64,000 bases of DNA, taken from the NCBI GenBank assembly GCA_053919585.1, contig CM132787.1; one strand, given 5' to 3'. Both the position numbers and the translations under genes were made by a program. Shown one piece after another: positions 53,359 through 64,000 of the stretch (positions within the stretch are counted from its first letter, which is position 1; the number at the start of each line of letters is the position of its first letter). The DNA is from Euprymna scolopes. Its lineage: Eukaryota. The notes under the pieces are model-generated. The model ran no database searches and was not told the DNA's origin. It saw only the letters and a program-made list of their open reading frames with translations.

Positions 53359-56300
53359 TACTGCGTATCAAATTATTAACGAGTTTACATTTTTCTTAAT
53401 ATTTAAGGGGAGGGTGAATAAAAATCCATGAAACTTTGAGAAAGAGCTTACAATACTATTCAGCTACTTAATACACAAAAATTGGCAAAATTAAGACAAG
53501 ATACATTTCAACAGTTATGGAGAAAGATTTTAACTTAGCTCTGAAGGCACCGACCATTTCTTCCGAGGTCATCTCGAAAACTGACTAGTAGCTAGCAGAC
53601 CTGAGTTATTCTGGTACTTAAGGGATATGGTGGGTGTGAGGGTTAAATTATTAGCGAAACTATGGCAGAAGATAGAAATATATGTTGTTTTCAGTGTGTC
53701 AAGTTATTAACGAGGTTGAGAAAAAACACAATATACCCATACCTTGTTTATTGAAATCATTTTCAAACATTAAATGAACTAGTAAAAATGCTTAGAACAC
53801 AATAGCTACATAGCAATTTCTTCGTTGACATAATTAGTAGGGGATATGCGATCCTTTTTTATGAATGACTTGTGAAAGATGCTGTGACTTTTATAAAAGG
53901 CGTTGTTCATCAAAATTAGTAAAATTTGTGATTCCGTCAACAGTTATTCCTCGGGATACCTCTTGGAGAGTATCCCACAACTCATCTTTGCTCTTAAATT
54001 GGCGTCTACTTGCATGGCAGCGTCGTTTTATGATACTCAAAAGGTTCTCAATTGGGTTCAAATCTGGCGAATTCGTAGGCCACTCCATCTTCTGTAGGCC
54101 AGAGAACGCAAGTTGTTGCAAATACGTTGTGCGTTTGTTTGCTGCATGCGAAAGAAGTATTATCCTGCATAAAAATAATGGTTTTTCTGAATGTCAACCT
54201 TTGCTTCTTCAGCCATGGTTCAAAGTGTTCCTTCAGAAAGCTATGTAAGCATTTGACGTCATTTTTACGCCTTCCGGGACTTTTCATATGCCAACTAATG
54301 TACCTCCGATAATCCCAGCCAAAATCATTATCCCACCACCGTTGTTGACGCTGTAAACGCTAATGAAGATATCGTCCATCCAGGACCCATCCCTTGCTCC
54401 AGCCATCAGGGCCATCAAGAGCGACACGCATTTATCCCTAAACAAAACTTTGGAAAATCCGTTTGCATGTTGTCATTTTTTTTTACATGGGGATCACCAC
54501 TTATCAAGGCCCGTAAGTCCCTCGGGGATAAGGGTTATTTTGTGTACAATAATCAATGGGATAATATCGTAGTAATAGTTGGTATGTGAGATTTGATAAA
54601 TTGTCTTACTTAAGGGGGCGATTAATCAGGAATTTGTTTATGTTGGACTTGAAGACGTCCAAGTTGGAGTCAGGTGGGAAACAGGCAAACGGAAGAGAAT
54701 TCCACAGGCGTGCACTTCTCAGAAAAAAAAAAGCTATGTTCATGGAATCTAGGTTTTGATTTAGGCACAGATAAAGTGCGGGGGAAATTACTGACAGTGG
54801 TTTTAGCTAGACTGGAGGTTATCATGAACGATTGGCGAGGGGGACCAGATATTGGAGCTCGGACGAGCACTTGCCATGGAAATAACGATAAAACAAAGAC
54901 AGGCTCGCAACGTCTCTTATGTGGAGGAGAGGCTGCAGGGAAGAGAAGAGAGCATCCCCCACTAAGCCACGAAGTCTATTTTGTACTTTGTCAAGGCAAG
55001 ATAGGCTGTTTTTTGAAGCTCCATCCCAGATTTGGCAGCAGTACCCCATCGTTGGACGTACTTGACTTATATAGAAATAGAGAATTGCATCAGTAGTGAG
55101 ATATCTTCTGGAGCGGTAGAATGATCCTACCATTTTCCCAGCGGCCCGGGTAACAGACTTTATATACGTGTTCTATTTCAGATCAGGAGTAAAGGTCAAA
55201 CTCAGGAACTTGGTAAGAGCATTGATGATGTAAAGTTAGGAGCTTGGTTTTAGATGCATTAACAGTAACCAGCCGTCTCTTCCCCCACTGAACAACACGC
55301 TCAAAATCAGAGGAGAGGGGATCAGAGAGAGCTTTGTCATTTACGGCCTTTGATGCGTTGCCGTAGATGGTCGTGTCATCGGTATAGATGTCAACGAATA
55401 AATTTAGTATGTATTTTGGGAGATCATTGATGTAGATCAGGAAGAGAGTTGGGCCCACGGTGGACCCCTGGGGGACTCCAGCATTAATACTGTGGGCATC
55501 TGGTTGCTGTCCATCAACCACTGCTCTTATGACCCTATCAGAGAGAAATTATTTAATTATTGAGAAAACATTTCCAGTCATACCGTAGTTGGAAATATTG
55601 TGAAGTAGGCCCTTATGCCAAACCTTATCCAAGGCCTTTGATATGTCAAGAGCAATTGCCCTAGAAAGGAAGCCTTTGTCGGGAGATTCACTAATCCTAT
55701 GGGTTATAACTGTTAGCACATCAACTGCAGATCTAGCTGAACGGAAACCATATTGCATGTCACTAAGGAGGTTATTTCTGCTGAGGTGGTTGACTACTTC
55801 TTTATTTAATATGGATTCCAGTAACTTACTCATGACACACAAGAGGCTTATCTTCTGCCCATTTCAATCTGTTTTGTATGTGATGTTGCTTTAATGGAGG
55901 TTTTATCACAGGCTTTACAGATTTTGCCACTTATTTTAGAAGGCGACATCGAGTACTTTTTGAGACATTCTTCAATCTGGCTTGGTCAAAAATTCTCGAC
56001 TTGTCTGCCAGGGTTATAACAACTTCACGTTTAATTTGGAGTAGAGAACGGCGTGAAACAACACTAGATTTACTTTTATCAGCTCTCTTGCGTACCTTTG
56101 TAGGGCCTTTGACGAAGTTTTCCACAGTTTGATGGTACCTACCTATCATTTTCGATATTTAAAGGGTAGTTAAAATTTTTACTAGCTGTTCTGTAATAGT
56201 ACTCTATCAAAGCACCTTTAGGACCCATTTTATTGAGGAAACAAACTGCCTTGTTAATAATTTTACACACCTCAAATACCGTGGATTCAGCAATTACGAT

Positions 56301-56454
56301 GGCAAGTTGTTTACATTTCGCAGAACAGTACGAAAATTTAACAGTGCGCGAGCTCAGCATTGCAAACGTTTCCGAAGCTTTTCATACGAAACTACAGGTA
56401 AGTTACTGAAACTGGTAGAAACACGTTATCTCGTTAATAATTTGACACGCAGTG
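53359..56454 (-). mobile_element. Tc1-like TRT/DD37E transposon, decayed, interrupted by CR1-B
   Basis: TIR (C/T)ACTGCGT(G/A)TCAAATTATTAACGAG with TA flanks at both ends; motifs LDGPDGWSKGWV, FMQDN and WPTNSPDLNPIEN. Confidence 0.88.
54475..55850 (-). mobile_element. 5'-truncated CR1-group family B LINE inserted in the TRT transposase
   Basis: QYGFRSARS, LDISKALDKVWH, GVPQGS, YTDD and the family B 3' UTR. Confidence 0.92.
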
Positions 56455-56567
56455 TATATAAAAATCAACAGAGGATTGATTCTATTAAAATATATTCGAA
56501 ATCAACATAAATTAAAATATAATGTTTAAGCATATTGTACGAACGGGCAATGCTGGCTGTCAAGTTA

Positions 56568-56621
<54 letters not shown>

Positions 56622-56927
56622 CTTGTGTCATAGACTCAGTATTCGCGTGTTAATTACGGCTATATTTTAAAATGGTACGATGAATTATTTAATTTCATTA
56701 TGTAAAGCAAACATACAGAAAACTATTTTACTCATAGTCTCTCAGACAATTATATTATTATAGCTAGCCAACGCAAATTTGCTAAAATTGTAATATAACC
56801 ACATGTATTAAAAGGAACATTCAAAATGCATTGAAAAATAATTAGAAAATATATATATCAATGCATGTATGGAGTCAACAATTTTACGCTTCCCCAAAGC
56901 GCCTCTATGAAATATTAGATTAAATAC

Positions 56928-56983
<56 letters not shown>

Positions 56984-57999
56984 CTTATCCCGCAAAATCT
57001 AACTCTTAACGCTGCCTATTAAACTGCACCCCAATTATGTCTTCATCCATTTAAAGCCAAAGCTTAATGAAAAGTAACTTAGAAACCCCCCTTTCCCGGG
57101 CCTCAAACCTCCATAATATAAAATCAACACATATAAACTTATGCAATTAAAAGAGTACTAATCCATTCAATCGAGAAATATTTATATTTAAATTTACTAA
57201 ATATACTTTACGATAAGGGCGACCGATCTTAATTTCCTCAAAATCGCATCCCTGTCACATCTATATCTCCTGACTGTCAGTTAAGATCGATCTAACCACT
57301 CCCTCACGCTGGCTTATCGTATTCTTTCTACTTCTTCTCACCCAGGTATTTTATCGCGACTACTAACTTACTCTGACCTCCATTCGAATTGAAAGCAGCT
57401 GAACGCGTTCACAACTGGCCACTTCGACAGTTATTGAAGCCGGCCCGATTCTGCTGCCCCATACGCAAAAGATAGATAAGAATAACATTTTATCAACACT
57501 AGTTAAGGAACACCCGCGGAATAATCTAACAAAGCATATACAAGACAAACACGGAACTAGCACACTTGAAGCTAACTAAACCAAATCCCCTCATCATCTT
57601 TTACAGGACATCTCTCTGCGAGTAATAACACAATTCACCGAAACGCCACACAGGAAGATCCTTTTCATCGCTTATAAACAAGCATATATGTATTCCGCTG
57701 TTTATATCTTTTTTTTTTCATAAATAACATAGATTACTGGTCCTTGCAGTCGGGAAATTCACGACTATATTGTTGATTTCTGCAGATATTTTCCTGTCAT
57801 GGAGATTTGTATCCTCCGGGGTATCTCTACCGACGTTGCATCCCAACTATGTTACCTAGCAACTTTTCTACTCTTCTGATGAGAAGCGTTTAGCCTTGGC
57901 ATAAAGAATCCCTTGTATCCCCCAACGAATTGTTTATATTACCTTATTGAATAAATGAACCGATGTATATTTACCAATATATAGTTTTTGTGAATTAAT

Positions 58000-58138
58000 N
58001 NNNNNNNNNNNNNNNNNNNNNNNNNNNNNNNNNNNNNNNNNNNNNNNNNNNNNNNNNNNNNNNNNNNNNNNNNNNNNNNNNNNNNNNNNNNNNNNNNNNN
58101 NNNNNNNNNNNNNNNNNNNNNNNNNNNNNNNNNNNNNN
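58000..58138. other. Assembly gap (N run)
   Basis: Run of N bases. Confidence 0.99.
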
Positions 58139-59933
58139 ATGAGACAATGATTAAAGTTACTGAAGAACTTTCTCAGATCATCATGCCAATAAGGTTAAAG
58201 CGATGACAAAAATTAGGGGACATAAGGAGGGGGTCTTTTTAGGCCATGTCATTTCAAAACTAAATATTCCTTATTTGAAGCGAATAAAAATCAACATAAT
58301 ACAAAAGTATGTATAAAATAGATAATCCCAATTTCAAACAAATTTTAGATATCGGGTGAAAAGTTAGGAGGAACTACAATGGAAGAAAAAAGTGAGAGCA
58401 TTAGAAAATGTTCAAAGGCAAATGTAGAGGTGTACTTATAAGTAAAAAATTGTGAAGGACAGCTGGGAAAAGATATGGAATAAAGGAATAGGGATTAAAA
58501 GAATAGGGAATAAAAGAATAGGGAATAATAGAATAGAGATTGGAAAATAAAAGAATAAGAAATAAGAAATAAACATCGAAAATAAAAAATGACTTCCTAA
58601 TAAATAGGCATAGAATATCCGATTAAGCTAACTCTGATTATTGAAGGCTTTATCCAATGAAAAAAGTGAAAGTGAGTACTAGTGAATTGCAATTAAAAAT
58701 TCAGCTCAGATAAAGGCGTGATATTACTGAAGATATTTTTTTTGTAAGTCATTCAAGTAAAAGTTGCATAAGTAGATTTATTCTGGGATATTGATTAAAG
58801 TATACGATCGTTGGTTTGAAAAGATGGCGAATATGTTGAACAGAATTTTGTAGATTGACAATAATACTTTCTTAATGCGTGATCACTTCGTTATTACTTT
58901 GGTATTTGGTTCTCAAGAAATATATTTTGGAATATGTCAACAAACTCTTGAAAGTACAGCAATTATCCAAGGAAAATATCGCTTAAAGCTGAAAGTAAAG
59001 TGAGATATGTGGTAGAAATCAAGTTCCGAAAATAATTAATGTAAGCCATAATTATACCCTACTTAAATGACCAAATTTATTAACTGCTATTTATGATTTT
59101 AATTGAAGATTTTTCTTAAATTTATAAATAAATTAATTAAAAACATAGCACGCTGTGTTATACTAGTAGAGGTCGAAGGCTCATCCGGCTAGTTGCCACG
59201 CATTGTCTTCAGACACCTCTGAAATGGCTTCAGACAGAAACACAATAAAAATGTTAAATATTCCTGTAATATCTCTCCGTAAGCTTTTCTGAATTCGTTC
59301 GTAAAGGTGTCTCTCTAGAGTCTTCTATTTTTTTCGTTTGTTTTTTAGTCGAAAGCATTTGTTTTATGCAGACCGTATAAATCTTATATCTTATTATAAA
59401 TTTTCATAATGTCTGAGTGTGTGACGCGGTTTATCTCAGCCTACAGGCAATCCACCCAGGCAAGTAAGGTACCGAAATGAAGCTTATGACCCAGCGGATG
59501 TTTTAGTGATATCTATATCCATGTTTGGTGTATGGAAATGAAAATAAATGCAAAAAATGTTGGGCAAACTTGAGTTCTTGTTTAATAAATAGTTACAAAC
59601 ATGACACGGCATAATCCAGTTGACATACCGGTTCGTGTTTGATCACAAGAGTAAAGGAAAGGAACCCTGTCACTTACCAGATAGGGATCATTTGTGAAAG
59701 CTAGGCGCTATATGTCATTCTCCATAATTACGATATACATGGGGCAAGAAACTGCCTGTGAATGTGATATTCTCTGCAAACTTCTTCCTAGGCATGAAGC
59801 AGGCCGACCCCGGTTAGGGTTAGGACAACACCAAGTAATACCGGTTTGTATTTTTTGTTTTTATTTTTTTTTAATATAATGAATACATTTTTTTTTGCGG
59901 ACTGTTATCTGCAGCTTCATAGTTGTTATTGTT

Positions 59934-59977
59934 TCACCACGTTTCGGCCAACTCATTCTCTGGCCTTCTTCAAGTAA
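59934..59977 (-). ncRNA. Degenerate minimal hammerhead motif (Penelope pLTR relic)
   Basis: UUAC UUGAAGA A GGCCA-loop-UGGCC GAAA CG UG GUGA; the core has C3U and the cleavage position is G, so it is probably inactive. Confidence 0.5.
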
Positions 59978-60803
59978 TAAGCCGCGACAGGAGAGGAACA
60001 TTGAGTCTTGTAACTGTACCCCACATAATTACTGCCTTCCATAGTTTTTTTTTTTAGAGATAGATAATGCAAATCATCATAAAATGAATTTCGTAGATTA
60101 ACAATAATACTTTCTTAATGCGTGATCATTATTTTCATTAGTGGATATCTATGCAATTTGAACAGAGCGGCGTCGTTTAAATTCAATATATACTTTTCTG
60201 GCAAACAGTCAACACATTTCTATTAATGGATTATATGATATAGTTGGGTTTCATCAAAATGTGAGAAACATATAGCAAGCACAAAGTCATTTAAAGACGA
60301 AAGCTTGGTTTTAGCAAAATATTATTTCTTTAACAATCATGTTTTTATGCCGATATTAGAATAAAAAAAACTAGATTTCCTTATCCAGGCTTCCCACTTT
60401 AGTGGACTATATTTTCCTAATATAAAAATAGAAAGCATGTTTATGTTTATACTAGCACTCCGCGGTAAACAACCAAGTAATCATATATGTGTGATACATA
60501 GAAAGATTTTCTGTCGGAATCGTTAGAGAAAAAAAAGCAAGCGAGAGATTGAGAGAGTAAGATGGGGAAGTCAATGTTCTATGGAATTGTCAAATACAAT
60601 TATAGACCATACTCGTTACTTCCGGCTTCGTATGCATTTCCTTTCTTTTTTGCTATTCTTTTTCTGTTTTTGTTTTTACGGGTGTTATTTATTTCGACTA
60701 CTTTTATAATTATTCGTTTTTTGTATTAGGCAGTATAAGGACTGTTCTAGATAACCAGGCGGCCTACAACAAAAAACACGCGGGAACTCTGATTAGTTAT
60801 CTC

Positions 60804-61706
60804 TTTTTCCGAAGTCTGTGTATGTTAAATATACGAAACTTTTTCCGAAGTTTGTGTATGTTAAATATACGAAACTTTTTTCCGTAGTGTGTGTATGTTA
60901 AATATACGAAACATTTTCCGAAGTCTGTGTATGTTAAATATACGAAACTTTTTCCGAAGTCTGTGTATGTTAAATATACGAAACTTTTTCCGAAGTCTGT
61001 GTATGTTAAATATACGAAACTTTTTCCGAAGTCTGTGTATGTTAAATATACGAAACTTTTTCCGAAGTCTGTGTATGTTAAACATACGAAACTTTTTCCG
61101 AAGTCTGTGTATGTTAAATATACGAAACTTTTTCCGAAGTCTGTGTATGTTAAATATACGAAACTTTTTCCGAAGTCTGTGTATGTTAAATATACGAAAC
61201 TTTTTCCGAAGTCTGTGTATGTTAAATATACGAAACTTTTTCCGTAGTGTGTGTATGTTAAACATACGAAACTTTTTCCGAAGTCTGTGTATGTTAAATA
61301 TACGAAACTTTTTCCGAAGTCTGTGTATGTTAAATATACGAAACTGTTTCCGAAGTCTGTGTATGTTAAACATACGAAACTTTTTCCGAAGTCTGTGTAT
61401 GTTAAATATACGAAACTTTTTCCGAAGTCTGTGTATGTTAAACATACGAAACTTTTTCCGAAGTCTGTGTATGTTAAATATACGAAACTTTTTCCGAAGT
61501 CTGTGTATGTTAAATATACGAAACTTTTTCCGAAGTCTGTGTATGTTAAATATACGAAACTTTTTTCCGTAGTGTGTGTATGTTAAACATACGAAACTTT
61601 TTCCGAAGTCTGTGTATGTTAAATATACGAAACTTTTTCCGAAGTGTGTGTATGTTAAACATACGAAACTGTTTCCGAAGTCTGTGTATGTTAAATATAC
61701 GAAACT
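60804..61706. repeat. 36-bp minisatellite, about 25 copies
   Basis: Unit TTTTTCCGAAGTCTGTGTATGTTAAATATACGAAAC with no spacers. Confidence 0.98.
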
Positions 61707-62746
61707 AGCGAGATCCCTGCATACGCGTTGCCCCGGAAAAATTCGAAAGCCCAGGAAACTCATACTTGCCTCACTTAGCTCTATATACATATTTTACTCT
61801 TTATTTTTACCTAGCTATAAGTATAACTGTAGATGTTCTTGCATTTATAAGCAATATAAAAACGGCAATATCATTTCATAACAGTAAAAAAAGCATCATC
61901 ATAGAAGGGTATAACGTAATTTTTTTTTTTTTTTGACGGCTGGATTACGAGAACCTTCTTTTATGATACAAACACTGTGAAGAGGGTAATATTTTATAGA
62001 AATAAAAAAGATACAATTTACGTATCTCTAAGCCTTAATCTAGAGAAATAAAGGTTGACAAAAGTATAAAAAAGTATTTGCTGATTGAGGCATTTTTAAA
62101 TAATACGAATAATAATTGCTACTATATAGTTGGCTTCCTAACTTTGTTTAATCAGACTTATTTCGAAATCTTATCTGCTACTCAGGATCTGCACTGCAAA
62201 ATCGTAATTTTACGAATGTTTCCTTCCAAAAGTAAGGTCTTCTATGTTTTTAACGAAACATTAAAGTCCTACAGCGCTATGAAGACGAGCGTTTAACTAT
62301 TGTAATAAGCGACATTTTGTACTATAAACTTTATTTCAATGCAATTTTTCCTCATCTCTTTTGATGCCTCGGTTATAAAACGTATTATCACTTATATCTT
62401 CCATGCCACTATTTTATCGACCAATCAATATCTCCTAAATCTGATGACATCAACTGCATCGGCTTCGTAAATATTAAACAGGCGCCAGTAGATGTTAATC
62501 GGGTAAGTTTTTTTTCTGTATGGTGAAGTTTAACAACGTCAAGCTGATTCTGACGAACGTCATTAACAGGAGTTGCTTTCTTAGAGTTTTCACGCCGATA
62601 ATATCTGCAACAAAGAAGTGAAACATTCAATGAACACAGATGCAAAATTTCAGTCATCATAACAATGTAATTCAAACAATATACAAAAAGGAAATATTAC
62701 TTTTGGAATATTTCTCGTATAACAAATAGATGATGGGATATAAAAT

Positions 62747-62804
<58 letters not shown>

Positions 62805-63416
62805 CCAATGTAATTTATCTGGAGAGTGTCTGCAGATATATAAAACACAATAGCTATTAACCTTTACAAAGAAACCAAGTAACATTTATTGAAGGAAATA
62901 CATTAATAAACGAAAATACACTATCTTTATTTTATCTGATACTTGAATTGGAATTCCACTGAAACATGTATACACACATTTAACCAATAATGTGCGTATA
63001 ATAAACAAACTATATACAAACTCTGTCCTGCATCAAGCGAGTTCAATTAGATTTACATCTGGGAACCCAATCGATACAGCCATTATACAGGCTAACCCCC
63101 CCAAAAAAACAGAATATTCAATTGTTTTCTGAGGATTTTACAGTCAACGGTGAAAAAAAAGGGCAAACACCTAGTATATTGATGTGATGTTTTGAATATA
63201 ATAAACTAGTTATGGCCAAAGTTTCATTTCATTCGGACAAAACACTAAGAAACGGGTGCTAATTAGAGTTGGGGTCATAAATCTTACCCCGTTGAATTTT
63301 AAAAAATGAATTTAAATATAAATATACATTATATAACTATAATCACATTATAAACCATATTTATTGCTTTTAGTAGTGCTCCTGTGGATTCTGACGATTT
63401 ATTTTCTTCAGGCCTT

Positions 63417-63470
<54 letters not shown>

Positions 63471-63820
63471 TATAACTTGAAACTCGATATATAAAGGATG
63501 TGTACCTGTGAACTACAATAAACTGCGTATTTACCGGGAAAAGTCCTGTATAAGGTACTAAGTAAAATAAAAAAAACTCAGGGCTTGGCAGGCTTAAGTT
63601 AACTTAAAATGCATGGTCATGGATCAAGCAGTAACGAATAAGCCGCAAGTACTATTTGTTTTGGTTTCATTCTAGGTTGATAGCACCCCTAACATTATTT
63701 TATATTGGGTACCATATAATATTCACTAGATTAGTGACTCTATAATTATGTATACGACATTTGATATGTGAGAAATTAATATTTAAACGCATATCACGAA
63801 TTAGCAACGCTAGGTGTCTG

Positions 63821-63891
<71 letters not shown>

Positions 63892-63932
63892 GGTCGGGTT
63901 TAAATCCTGGCTTGAGGTAGTTGCCTGTCTAG

Positions 63933-63976
63933 CCGCACTGATGAGCTGTGAAACAGCGAAACAGTACTGTATGTGG
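63933..63976 (+). ncRNA. Canonical type I hammerhead ribozyme
   Basis: Stem I CCGCA/UGUGG, core CUGAUGA at 63938-63944, stem II GCUGU/ACAGC, GAAA at 63958-63961, palindromic stem III ACAGUACUGU, predicted cleavage after GUA at 63971. Confidence 0.88.
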
Positions 63977-64000
63977 ATGACTATATATATATATATATAT

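Larger units (their letters stand above)
52652..56570 (+). mobile_element. Helitron-like element copy 2, split by a TRT transposon
   Basis: 5' TCCCTACTATTATATAAT start; the sequence before 53345 and after 56457 joins to match copy 1. Confidence 0.6.

Noticed and set aside
60804-61706. CRISPR array, because of the 36-nt repeat with an internal hairpin
   Set aside because: Units are head-to-tail with no unique spacers, there are no cas genes, and the context is eukaryotic
60861-61790. 309-aa and 227-aa repetitive ORFs as real proteins
   Set aside because: They arise from a 36-nt unit (a multiple of 3) that is stop-free in several frames on both strands
62300-62700. DNA transposase or host exon in ORF 62409-62675
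   Set aside because: No recognisable motif or convincing splice signals

Overview
This is AT-rich, repeat-saturated eukaryotic DNA from an invertebrate-like animal genome, with an assembly gap at 58000-58138. I found no intact host protein-coding gene. The longer ORFs in the track are retrotransposon or transposase fragments, or artefacts of micro- and minisatellites. Retroelements: two CR1-group LINE families (family A has a near full-length copy at 16710-21292 with a long non-coding leader and no recognisable ORF1), two RTE copies, two R4/Dong-like restriction-like-endonuclease retrotransposons and a Gypsy gag remnant. DNA elements: mariner, rosa/DD41D, maT/DD37D and TRT/DD37E transposons, MITEs and many non-autonomous Helitron-like elements, one family carrying a tRNA-Cys relic. 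The most interesting signals are RNA structures. (1) Five hammerhead-ribozyme folds from three families, including a short element with a Pol III B-box-like motif followed by a canonical hammerhead, inserted in (TA)n. (2) An inverted pair of Penelope-type hammerheads. (3) Tandem pseudoknot-like motifs and a consensus antisense ORF in the CR1-A leader. (4) Three inverted repeats clustered at 33.2-35.9 kb. All calls come from reading the sequence by eye: family assignments rest on recalled motifs and many boundaries are approximate.
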